From IMG/VR virus record IMGVR_UViG_3300028197_000002: 64,000 nt of DNA. One strand, 5' to 3'. The notes below the pieces were generated by a model. That model was not told where the DNA came from. It searched no databases and was given only the letters and a program-made list of their open reading frames with translations. The DNA comes from a virus. Its lineage: Duplodnaviria; Caudoviricetes. Below, piece after piece: positions 39,869 through 49,118 of the stretch; within the stretch, counting starts at the first letter, position 1; each line of letters starts with the position of its first letter. The translations under genes were made by a program, and so were the position numbers.

Positions 39869-40539
39869 GTAATTTAACATTGTTTGTTTTAGGCCATGAA
39901 AAAGAAGCTATAAAAAACACTTGTTCTTTAATAAAAGAACAGCCTAATTTGAAAGTAGTGCCTGTGAACTTAGAAGATTGCGATCTTTCAAATTACCCTG
40001 AAAATTACAACACTAAATTACTAAGTGAAAATCGGTTTTTTCTTTCTGATTGGAATGTAGAAACAGAATACGTAGGAGTAATATCATACGCTTGGCCAGA
40101 AAAGTATGACTTTAATTTAAAGTTACTTTCTAAGAAAGTTCTACAAGGTATTAGTGAAAATAAAGTAATAGCTCCGGCTACAACATCTGCTGATCATTGG
40201 CTGAAGATGACAGAAAAGTATCACGCAGGAATGATGCCTTATTTGGAAGAATTGGCTTCTTTTATGAATTATGATAAAAAATGGAAATCTGAACCAACTT
40301 TTTGGTGCAACTCTTTTTTTTGTCATAGAGATGTCTTTTTTAATTTTGTAAAAAATTGGAGGTTGATGTTTGATTTTTTAAATATTAGATACAAAATGAA
40401 TTTTAATTTTAATTGTGTAGAAAAATATTCTGACAAAGAAAGAAAACCGGCTTATCTCTTAGAAAGAGCCACTATGATGCACTTTGCAGAAAGTTCTTTT
40501 CAAGTAATTCAATACAATCAACAAAATTTCAAATTGTAA
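39865..40539 (+). CDS. Glycosyltransferase-like protein (DUF4422-like)
   Basis: FWCNSFF..RKPAYLLERA pattern. Confidence 0.45.
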   Translation: MSNLTLFVLGHEKEAIKNTCSLIKEQPNLKVVPVNLEDCDLSNYPENYNTKLLSENRFFLSDWNVETEYVGVISYAWPEKYDFNLKLLSKKVLQGISENKVIAPATTSADHWLKMTEKYHAGMMPYLEELASFMNYDKKWKSEPTFWCNSFFCHRDVFFNFVKNWRLMFDFLNIRYKMNFNFNCVEKYSDKERKPAYLLERATMMHFAESSFQVIQYNQQNFKL

Positions 40540-40566
40540 AATTACTTTTTTAGGTATAATCATTAA

Positions 40567-41202
40567 ATGAATAGTTATGAAGTTGTAGAATCTTTTGAAA
40601 AGCGAGTAGCAGATTACGCAGGCAGCAAATACGCTGTTGCTGTTGATAGCTGCACAAATGCTTTGTTTCTTTCTTGTTTTTATTTGAATGCAAAGAAAGT
40701 TAAAATTCCAAAAAGAACATATGTTTCTGTTCCTTGTTCAATTATTCATGCAGGAGGCTCTGTTGAATTTACAGATGAAGATTGGATTGAAAAAGGATAT
40801 TACCAATTAGATCCTTATCCAATATATGATGCCGCTCATTTTTTTGAAAAAAACATGTATGAGGAGGTCAGAGGCGTAGGAAATTCTTATTTTTGCATAT
40901 CGTTCTCGGCCACTAAGATAATCAATATAGGCAAGGGCGGAATGATCCTCACAGATGATGGAAGTGCGGTTAGGTGGTTTAAGAAGGCTAGATATTGCGG
41001 TAGAAATTCGAAGCCTTTAATGGAAGATAATTTTGAAATGCTTGGTTGGAACATGTATATGACACCAGAACAAGCGGCTAGGGGCTTGCTTTTGATGAAC
41101 GATGCAAAATACGCTCATAGAAAAATCATGCCCGAATATCCTGATTTGTCTAATTATTCTGTTTATCGAAACCGCCAATATATACCGCCACGTAGTCGTT
41201 AA
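40567..41202 (+). CDS. Short DegT/DnrJ/EryC1/StrS PLP aminotransferase-like protein
   Basis: AVAVDSCTNAL, DAAH, SFSATKII(K)GGM; only 211 aa. Confidence 0.85.
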   Translation: MNSYEVVESFEKRVADYAGSKYAVAVDSCTNALFLSCFYLNAKKVKIPKRTYVSVPCSIIHAGGSVEFTDEDWIEKGYYQLDPYPIYDAAHFFEKNMYEEVRGVGNSYFCISFSATKIINIGKGGMILTDDGSAVRWFKKARYCGRNSKPLMEDNFEMLGWNMYMTPEQAARGLLLMNDAKYAHRKIMPEYPDLSNYSVYRNRQYIPPRSR

Positions 41203-41231
41203 AAATGTAGTCCCAGATCTTGGACTGCCTA

Positions 41232-41660
41232 CTATCCATATTTTTTTATTTTTTTCATGCATTCGTCATTAATCCATTTTTTTATTTTATCTGTTTCTAA
41301 ATCAGGAAAGGAATCTAATGATATTTTAGATTCCATTTTCCATTTTTTTTCTTTTAATATTTTTTGTATAATTTCTCCACAACCTGAGTAGTTTAATCCA
41401 AGGTAATTGCCTAGTTCGCACAGAAAATAATTTTTATTTTTTGTTTTTGTTTTTAGAATATAGTTTTCAATATTTTTTGGAATTTCTTCGTCTCCAATAT
41501 TTGAAGTTATTATAAAAATAAATTTAAATTTTTCTAGTTCAGCGTCAGCAGCTTCTACCAAGACAGAATTTTTGATTTGTTTTTTTATTTGTTGTGCTAT
41601 TGTTTTGCTATTTTTGTTTTTTTTACTATTATATAAAAGTGCTATATAAGGTTTGCTCAT
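41232..41660 (-). CDS. Flavodoxin-like protein
   Basis: LYNSKKNKNSKTIAQQI, TSNIGDEEIP, ELGN..YSGCG. Confidence 0.6.
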   Translation of the reverse strand: MSKPYIALLYNSKKNKNSKTIAQQIKKQIKNSVLVEAADAELEKFKFIFIITSNIGDEEIPKNIENYILKTKTKNKNYFLCELGNYLGLNYSGCGEIIQKILKEKKWKMESKISLDSFPDLETDKIKKWINDECMKKIKKYG

Positions 41661-42204
41661 GAGAAAAATTTTTATTGATGGTGGTGGAAATTGGAAGAGA
41701 ATTGTAGATAGATATCTTGCTTTGGCTGAATTCGATAAGATTTACGTTTTTGAACCTAATCCTATTTTCTATAATAGTTATGAAACAAGTGATTATGATT
41801 TAATTAAAAAGGCCATTTGGACAGAAGATACAAAGAGTAATTTTTTTATTAGTAAAGATGCAAATCAAGTTGCAAGTTCTTTACTTGAGGAAAAGTTGTG
41901 TAAAGTAGATGGAGGTCTTGTTTCAAATTATTGGTTTGATCCTATTGAAGTGGAATGTATAAATTTTTCTAAATGGATTTTTGAAAATTTCAACAAAGAA
42001 AAAGACGATATTACTTTAAAGCTTGATATAGAAGGAGCAGAGTATCGTGTTCTTCCACACATGATAGAAACAGGAGCGATAAATTTTTTAAATAAATTAT
42101 TTGTTGAATTTCATTTTGATACACTTCCTGACAAAAAGGGAATGGAATTAAAAATTGTAGAAGAAATTAAAAAAATGGGAATTGAGGTTTTAGATTGGGA
42201 TTAA
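41659..42204 (+). CDS. FkbM-family methyltransferase
   Basis: FIDGG, VFEPNP, LKLDIEGAEY, FVEFH. Confidence 0.85.
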   Translation: MRKIFIDGGGNWKRIVDRYLALAEFDKIYVFEPNPIFYNSYETSDYDLIKKAIWTEDTKSNFFISKDANQVASSLLEEKLCKVDGGLVSNYWFDPIEVECINFSKWIFENFNKEKDDITLKLDIEGAEYRVLPHMIETGAINFLNKLFVEFHFDTLPDKKGMELKIVEEIKKMGIEVLDWD

Positions 42205-42205
42205 T

Positions 42206-43018
42206 ATGGAAAAGAAATTATCTTTGATAAAAGAAGAAATGAATGTTTTTGGATTTTCTTGTTTGGGCAAAATGTTGTCTGATGAGGAAATTGGGTTTTT
42301 TCATTCTAATTTAATTGAAAATCATCATCGTCATATATCTAAACACGGAGAAGAAAAACTAAATAAATATAGTGAGCTTGAGTTTTTAAGAAATTGCGGA
42401 TCTTTTCATGAAAATTATTTAAAACTAATAGAATCTGATTGGTTAAACTCGACAATTAACTCAGTTTTAAATGAAAAAGCAATAATACATGGCTATCATG
42501 GAATAATGACAAACGAAAAAAGCAAAGACAGGGCTTCTGAAGAGAAGTTTTCTCCAATGAGATTTCATAGAGATTCTCCTTGGTTTAAAGATACAAGAAC
42601 TTGTGTTTTAGTTCTAATGCCTTTGACGGACTTTACAGAAGATAATGGTCCGACTGAATATGTTCCTTCAACTCATTTGTTGAAAGATAAACCTAGTGAT
42701 GATTTGTTAGAGTCTAATTCTAAAAAAATGTTGGGAAAAGCAGGAACTGTTTTTTTAATGGATGGAACCACATTTCACAGGGCAGGAATCAATAGTTCTG
42801 GCAAAATAAGACCTATGCTTCAAATGAATTGGACTTTGGCATTTATGAAGCAACAAATAGACATGTGGAGAGACAATTCTTTTGAAAATTGTTCTGATCT
42901 TGTTAAATCTAGATTAGGATACAATGTTAGAACTTATAATAATCCTGATGAAATGTATTGCGAAGAAAGGCGATGGAAGTCGGGAAACTATACCATGAAG
43001 AATACGGATGTTAGATGA
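42206..43018 (+). CDS. Phytanoyl-CoA dioxygenase (PhyH) family Fe(II)/2OG oxygenase
   Basis: FHRDS, NGPTEYVPSTH, GTVFLMDGTTFHRAG..R. Confidence 0.88.
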   Translation: MEKKLSLIKEEMNVFGFSCLGKMLSDEEIGFFHSNLIENHHRHISKHGEEKLNKYSELEFLRNCGSFHENYLKLIESDWLNSTINSVLNEKAIIHGYHGIMTNEKSKDRASEEKFSPMRFHRDSPWFKDTRTCVLVLMPLTDFTEDNGPTEYVPSTHLLKDKPSDDLLESNSKKMLGKAGTVFLMDGTTFHRAGINSSGKIRPMLQMNWTLAFMKQQIDMWRDNSFENCSDLVKSRLGYNVRTYNNPDEMYCEERRWKSGNYTMKNTDVR

Positions 43019-43881
43019 GTGATTTGAAGCGTGTTGAAGAATTAAGGTCGATATGTGAATTTAATCATGAGTTAAATAAAGATGGTTTTTGCACAAAAAT
43101 ATCTTTTTATGACGAAAATCATATTTTAGAAAACACAATTAGAAATCATCCTGATAAGAAAAAGATTGTAGAAATTGTTGCTTTGTTTCCAAAACTTAGG
43201 CATGTTAATCTTAGAAAGTGTCGAGTAGGTTTTTTCCCTAAGTTTGAATCTAAAGATATTGAATATCTTGATGTGAGTTGTAACGATATAGAAAAAATTC
43301 CAAATTTAGATTTTATGAATTTGATTTTTTTTAATTGTGGGTCGAACAATATCGAGACTCTCCCAGAGTTAAGTCATATGCCCTTGTTAGTTTTTAAGGC
43401 TCACAAGAATCCTTTAAAGGAAATTCCATTGCTCCCAAATTCATTAGAAACATTGAATTTGTTTTTGTCTTATAAATTAAAAACAATTCCAAGTTTTATT
43501 TGTGATTTGAAAAAATTACGACATTTTACTTTGTCCTGTTTTGATCTTTCTCGAAATGATTTTTATTTTAGCTTTAAAAAGCTTGAGTGGTTGAGTTTGT
43601 CATATTGTAATATTCATTCGTTAAGTAATTCGATATGTAGTCTTGAAAATTTAAAAGGTTTAATATTACCTAAGAATAAGATTAAAAAACTACCTGAAGA
43701 AATAGGATCTTTGAGTAAAATGAAAGATTTGTCTTTGTATAAAAATGATTTGTTTGAGATTCCTGATTCATTTTTTGAATTAAATTTAAATAAGTTGTCT
43801 TTAGAGCATAATTGTTTGTCGAATGAGAGTAAAAATAAATTGTTTTCAAGATATAAAGAGATAGAAATTTTAAAATTATGA
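43015..43881 (+). CDS. Leucine-rich repeat protein (about 10 repeats)
   Basis: LDVSCNDIEKIP, LILPKNKIKKLP, LSLYKNDLFEIP etc. Confidence 0.9.
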   Translation: MSDLKRVEELRSICEFNHELNKDGFCTKISFYDENHILENTIRNHPDKKKIVEIVALFPKLRHVNLRKCRVGFFPKFESKDIEYLDVSCNDIEKIPNLDFMNLIFFNCGSNNIETLPELSHMPLLVFKAHKNPLKEIPLLPNSLETLNLFLSYKLKTIPSFICDLKKLRHFTLSCFDLSRNDFYFSFKKLEWLSLSYCNIHSLSNSICSLENLKGLILPKNKIKKLPEEIGSLSKMKDLSLYKNDLFEIPDSFFELNLNKLSLEHNCLSNESKNKLFSRYKEIEILKL

Positions 43882-45041
43882 AAAAAATATTGTTTATAGC
43901 GGGTGGTATTTGGCAAAAGTCTTTTGTTCAATATTTAAAAAATAAAGGCAATCACATTTCGATTGTCAATCCTGTATCTACTCCTACAACTGAGTTGTGC
44001 GATTATCACTTAGAGTGCGATGTAAACAATTCAGAAGAGATAGAAAAATTTATTTTAGATAAGAATCCGGACATAATAACATCTGACCAGTCAGATATTT
44101 CAACAGCAATAGTATCTAGCTTAAGTTATAAATTTAACTTGCCTTGCAATCCTCCTAGCGTCATACGCAAATTCACAGATAAATATGAAATTTTTAATTT
44201 TGCATCTTCAATTGGAGTTCGAGTTCCAAAAACAAAATTGGTCAAATCATTAATAGATGTTTTAGATTTTGATTGTGAGTTTCCAATTATAATTAAGCCT
44301 GTTGATTCCACTATGAGCAGGGGATTTGTCAAAATCAATTCTTCAAAAGATGTCGATGAAGATTTACTAGCTCATTCTTTAAAGTTCTCTAAGTCAAAAA
44401 CTTTAGTGGCACAAGAGTTTATAGATGGGGACATGGTGACGTTGGAAGGAGTTTGTTCTGGTTCAAAACACAGAACTTTAGCTGTTTCCCGAAAAAGAAA
44501 AGAAGAGTACTTTAAAGCCGGAATAGTATCAGATGTAAGATACCCAGCAGATTACGACTATAAGTTTTTAGATGAAATTATTTCTTTAAATGATAGGTAT
44601 GTTGAGGAATCTGGTATGATTTTTGGCCTTACTCATAGTGAGTTTATTGTTAAAGAACAAGACATTTGTCTAATAGAGTCGGGAGCAAGAGGAGGAGGAG
44701 CAGGCATAGCTAGTGAAATTGTGCCTTGGGTTTCTGGAGTGGATTCTTATGATATTTTTTATAGAAGTCTGATGGGAGAAGTAGTAGATGTTAAGTCTCT
44801 TCAATTGCAAGAAAGATCTGCTTTGTTGAGATATTATAGAAAAGAAGATGTGAACGAAGATCAGGCAAAAAGAATAGCTAAATTAGAAGGGTGTAAGCTT
44901 TTTTCTTATAATTTTACTGGCACTCAATTTCAACCTGATGTTAATGATTGTCGTTATTCTATGGCGATATATTTAACAGAAAATGATAAGGAAATGAAGT
45001 TGGTTCAAGAAAATATTAATAATATTATTAATATATTTTAA
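43878..45041 (+). CDS. ATP-grasp ligase
   Basis: FTDKY, PIIIKPVDSTMSRG, QEFIDG, HSEF, IESGARGGG. Confidence 0.9.
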   Translation: MKKILFIAGGIWQKSFVQYLKNKGNHISIVNPVSTPTTELCDYHLECDVNNSEEIEKFILDKNPDIITSDQSDISTAIVSSLSYKFNLPCNPPSVIRKFTDKYEIFNFASSIGVRVPKTKLVKSLIDVLDFDCEFPIIIKPVDSTMSRGFVKINSSKDVDEDLLAHSLKFSKSKTLVAQEFIDGDMVTLEGVCSGSKHRTLAVSRKRKEEYFKAGIVSDVRYPADYDYKFLDEIISLNDRYVEESGMIFGLTHSEFIVKEQDICLIESGARGGGAGIASEIVPWVSGVDSYDIFYRSLMGEVVDVKSLQLQERSALLRYYRKEDVNEDQAKRIAKLEGCKLFSYNFTGTQFQPDVNDCRYSMAIYLTENDKEMKLVQENINNIINIF

Positions 45042-45151
45042 AGTAATTTTTACCGAAGACAGGCGGATCTTCAATAGAAAAGTTTTTTAACATTTATGGT
45101 CACGATAATATGAACAAAAACAATTTTATTTTCGTGAGATATTGGCATTTT

Positions 45152-45880
45152 TTATTTTCTAATTCTAGTAACTTTTATTGGAAATTGTTGTGTTTCTTTT
45201 GAATACCCCATTGTTTTGCATATTAAAGACCAAGTTCCAGTATCCCATACATGTCTTATGAAATTAGGATAATTTGGAAAGATAGAAATAATATCATTAT
45301 TGAATAAATCTGGTCTTTCTTTTGCAATGTCCCACCATTTTTCGTACATTTTCAAACTGTGTTTGCATTTTTTTATGAAGTGAGTGCTACATTGAAATTT
45401 TTTTGTGTTGAAAAAAACAGGATCATTTTCTACATTAAAGTATTTGAAAACATCTCCTTTGCAATATTCGGATTCTAAATGATTGTTTCTAGATACAAGC
45501 ACGCCTTTTTCGTCTTGTAAAAAAATAAAAGAAGAATAAAAATTTTTTCTATTCTTGCTCATTAAAGTTGAACCTGCATCTGCATAAACTAAAATATCAT
45601 TTTCTGATAGAGTGTTGAGTAGATGTTTGTAAATAATATATGGCTTCCATATGTAACATCCTCCACCTTTTATTGTTTCAAAAGCTTTTTTAAATTGAAT
45701 ATTTTTTAATGCATTTTTAAATTCTTTTTCTTTTTCAATTTCTCTAGTTTCTAAAATGCATTTAGAAAATATTTTCATATTGATGGCTTCTTTTATTATT
45801 CTTTCTCTAGATTCTTTAAATCTATCATCGCCATAAGTTAAAAAAAATACTGAATTTTTATTATTTTTAATTTTTATCAT
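45152..45880 (-). CDS. Glycosyltransferase-like protein
   Basis: FLTYGD..GCYIWKPYII..LVYADAG. Confidence 0.55.
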   Translation of the reverse strand: MIKIKNNKNSVFFLTYGDDRFKESRERIIKEAINMKIFSKCILETREIEKEKEFKNALKNIQFKKAFETIKGGGCYIWKPYIIYKHLLNTLSENDILVYADAGSTLMSKNRKNFYSSFIFLQDEKGVLVSRNNHLESEYCKGDVFKYFNVENDPVFFNTKKFQCSTHFIKKCKHSLKMYEKWWDIAKERPDLFNNDIISIFPNYPNFIRHVWDTGTWSLICKTMGYSKETQQFPIKVTRIRK

Positions 45881-46428
45881 TTAAACAACTTTATTATTTT
45901 TATTTTTTTATACCTATTATTTATTTTTTCTTTTTTTAAAAAATTAGATATAGATTTTTTATTGTAATTTTCTATTATGTGACTTAAAATTAATTCTAGA
46001 TTTAAATTTGGTTCTAAAATTAGTTTTTCATAATCTATTTTTAATATATTTTCATTTGAATTTTCAACCCATTTGTTGATAAATCCATTGTAATATTTCT
46101 TTTTTTCATTAAAAAAATTTAAGTAATCAATCACATCTGAATTTTTTATTAATATTGATTTGTTTGTGTTGTGTCTATAGAAAGAATTTAGTTGTTTTTC
46201 AATGTTTGATCTATAAAGCACTATGAACTTTTCGCTTTTTTTTATTTCTAAATTTAAATTCCAATCATGATTTTTTTGAAAAATACAATTATTTACGCAT
46301 GGAATTTTCATGCAATGATTATAATAATCGCAATAGCTATAATTTAAATTATTTTCTTTATGGTAAAAATTTAAAAATCTTTCGATTAAGTGTTGTCCGC
46401 TTCTTGGAAAGGATACTATTTTGATCAT
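45877..46428 (-). CDS. Sulfotransferase-domain protein
   Basis: IVSFPRSGQHL, KNHD, YR..S, IDYEKL. Confidence 0.7.
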   Translation of the reverse strand: MIKIVSFPRSGQHLIERFLNFYHKENNLNYSYCDYYNHCMKIPCVNNCIFQKNHDWNLNLEIKKSEKFIVLYRSNIEKQLNSFYRHNTNKSILIKNSDVIDYLNFFNEKKKYYNGFINKWVENSNENILKIDYEKLILEPNLNLELILSHIIENYNKKSISNFLKKEKINNRYKKIKIIKLFK

Positions 46429-46466
46429 ATTTATATAAATTAGTTGTATTACTATATTTATATGAC

Positions 46467-47279
46467 ATGTTGAAGATTAAAAAAATTTTGTGTTGTTTTG
46501 CTTTTGGTGGTTTGAATGATGTGATGTGTCAAACTTTGAAAGCGTTTGATTATTGTGTAAAGCATAAAAGAAAGCTTCTTTTAGACACAAAGCAATCTAG
46601 ACTTGAGAGGGATATAGCAGACTATTTTAATTTAGAAAGCGATATATTTTTAAAAAACGTTCATCCTCCAAAAATTACTTTTCAATATAGAAGTTCTGGA
46701 ATTTGCAGCGAGGCAGGGGATTATTATAAAGTTGATTACAATAAAAAGTATGGCGATTTTTTGTTGATTAATGCAAATAATAATGAAACTTGCGATGTTG
46801 CAAATATATTTTTCAAAACGTTTAGTATGAAAAGTTTTCTTTTAGATTTGATACGTGAAAGGCTATCCTGTCTCCCAGAAGATTACATATCTGTTCACGT
46901 AAGAAATACAGATTACTCTTCTGATGTTTATGATTTTTTAAAAAATAATAAACATCATTTTGTCAGAAAGAATATTTTTTTGGCATCTGATAATACAGAA
47001 ACATTATCTTTTTTAAAAAAAGAATTTGAAATTATTGGATCTAATGTTTTTTCTTTTTCTAACATACCAAAATTTGATTCTAGTTTTAAAGGAGGAATAC
47101 ACAAGTATAAAGTTGAAGATAAAGACAGTCTCAATATAGATGCTATTTCTGATTTGGTTTTATTGTCTTTAGGAAACAGATACTATTTTGCCCCAAGTAG
47201 ATCTTGGTATTCTTTGAGTGCTAAAAAAATGCATGAAGACAAAGATTTTAAAATGAAATTTTTAGATCAACTAATTTAA
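46467..47279 (+). CDS. NodZ/O-fucosyltransferase-like GT-B protein
   Basis: GGLNDVMCQ, SVHVRNTD, FLASD, DLVLL. Confidence 0.7.
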   Translation: MLKIKKILCCFAFGGLNDVMCQTLKAFDYCVKHKRKLLLDTKQSRLERDIADYFNLESDIFLKNVHPPKITFQYRSSGICSEAGDYYKVDYNKKYGDFLLINANNNETCDVANIFFKTFSMKSFLLDLIRERLSCLPEDYISVHVRNTDYSSDVYDFLKNNKHHFVRKNIFLASDNTETLSFLKKEFEIIGSNVFSFSNIPKFDSSFKGGIHKYKVEDKDSLNIDAISDLVLLSLGNRYYFAPSRSWYSLSAKKMHEDKDFKMKFLDQLI

Positions 47280-48164
47280 TAAAATTTTATATTGTTTAAT
47301 TTTTCTTAAAGCATATCTTCCTGTTTGATTTATATTTATTTGATTTTCATATAAACCTTGTCTATTGTCCATTAAATGTAAAAAAATAGGTTCGTTTGAT
47401 GTAGAATTTTCGTATTCGAATGTGGTTTTTCCATTTTCTTTTGTTATTTTATTTATAAGTTTTTTGTTATGATGTGGCAAAAAACAATCATAACAATTAT
47501 ATTTTTGTGGATTCAATATGTTTAAAGGAATATTTAATTTTTTCATTGAATTGGCTAAGGCAACTTGCCCCGTGTAATACTTGAATTTTTTTTCTAGAGT
47601 TGGATAGCTATGAAATAGCTCGGTGCCAATGTCTATTAAATATTTGGATGGAACGACTACGAATCCAAAATTTATATAATATTTATTTAGTGTTTTTTCT
47701 GATATTCCTATTTTATTTAGTTCAGTTCTATTTACATAAGAATTATCTAATGCGATGCATCCGTGCATTTTATTTTTGTCTAAACTAAATACCTCATCTA
47801 GACTATTGCAGCATAACATATCTACATCAATCATAATGCAAATTTCTGATTTTGGTTTTATGAACCATCTACATGGCAAGCCCAATTCCCAGAAGTAAGG
47901 ACAATAAATAAATTCAACATTTTCTCTAACTATTCTTGAGTTTTTGAATTTTGTTATTTTTTCTATTTCTTCGTATTTAATTTTTTTCATGCCGAATTTA
48001 TTCGTAATCTCAGCATTATTTTCTTTTTTTTCTCCTTGAAAAATACAAGAAAAGTAAGTTTTATTTGAGCAATTTATTTTTATTGATTGAACTAGGTTTT
48101 CTAATCCTTTGAACATCCAATTGTTATTGCTCAACATCATTATAAAGTGAACTGAGTCGGGCAT
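47271..48164 (-). CDS. GT8-like glycosyltransferase
   Basis: IMIDVDML, INFGFVVV, GQVAL, FLH. Confidence 0.6.
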   Translation of the reverse strand: MPDSVHFIMMLSNNNWMFKGLENLVQSIKINCSNKTYFSCIFQGEKKENNAEITNKFGMKKIKYEEIEKITKFKNSRIVRENVEFIYCPYFWELGLPCRWFIKPKSEICIMIDVDMLCCNSLDEVFSLDKNKMHGCIALDNSYVNRTELNKIGISEKTLNKYYINFGFVVVPSKYLIDIGTELFHSYPTLEKKFKYYTGQVALANSMKKLNIPLNILNPQKYNCYDCFLPHHNKKLINKITKENGKTTFEYENSTSNEPIFLHLMDNRQGLYENQININQTGRYALRKIKQYKILLN

Positions 48165-48227
48165 TTTTTTATATTTCTTTTACTATTATACTTTTGTGTC
48201 TTATATGAGTAAAAGGAATAATTTTTA

Positions 48228-49118
48228 ATGACTTACCAAGAAGAAATTAATAAAATTTTGAGTTCTGATATAGATCCTCAAGAAAAGTTAAACGCAATAG
48301 AAAATCTTAAAAAAGAAGTTCCAGAGACGGAAGACTCGGAGTTTGAAAAATTAAAAAAAATATTAAATTCAGATGAATGGCCCGAAGCTGTTTTAGAATT
48401 TCAAATAGCAGACGACACTTCTGAAGAAGATAAGATCGACAGAGCAGAAGGAATAGTTGACATACTAATTGAAGAATCATTAGAAAACAAAAAATTTCTT
48501 GATTTTGGTTGCGGAGAAGGACATGCTGCCAAATATGCTTCTGAAGATTCCGCTATTTCAGTAGGTTATGATATTGAAAAACAAGGATCTTTAGAATGGG
48601 AAAATGATGAAAAATTTCTTTTAACTACTGATTTTGAAAAAGTAAAAGCAAAAGGTCCTTTTGATGCAATTCTTATTTATGATGTTTTAGATCATGCTGA
48701 AAATCCTGTCGAAGTTTTAAATCAAGCTAGTTCCGTTTTAAAAAATAATGGAACCATATATTTAAGATGTCATCCTTGGTCGAGTAGGCATGGAGGTCAT
48801 GCGTATAGAAAAATAAATAAGGCATTTGTTCATTTGGTTTTTTCTAAAGAAGAGTTGAAAAACTTAGGAATAGATAATGGTCATAACAATAAAGTCTTAT
48901 TTCCTATTGCGACTTACAATGGTATTCTCGCAGAAGTACCGGGGTTATCTGCAAAAGATCCTGATATCGAAGAACAGGAAGTCGAACCATTTTTTAAGAA
49001 CAATGAATTAGTTAGAAAAAGAATACTACAAGTATTTGGTAGAAAAAATTGGGAAGAAGCTTGCCCTTCATTTCAAATGGGTCAATGTTTTTTAGATTAT
49101 GTCATTAAGGCCAAGTAA
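48228..49118 (+). CDS. Class I SAM methyltransferase (paralog of 26000-26935)
   Basis: KFLDFGCGEGH, YDVLDH, HPWSSRHGGH. Confidence 0.85.
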   Translation: MTYQEEINKILSSDIDPQEKLNAIENLKKEVPETEDSEFEKLKKILNSDEWPEAVLEFQIADDTSEEDKIDRAEGIVDILIEESLENKKFLDFGCGEGHAAKYASEDSAISVGYDIEKQGSLEWENDEKFLLTTDFEKVKAKGPFDAILIYDVLDHAENPVEVLNQASSVLKNNGTIYLRCHPWSSRHGGHAYRKINKAFVHLVFSKEELKNLGIDNGHNNKVLFPIATYNGILAEVPGLSAKDPDIEEQEVEPFFKNNELVRKRILQVFGRKNWEEACPSFQMGQCFLDYVIKAK

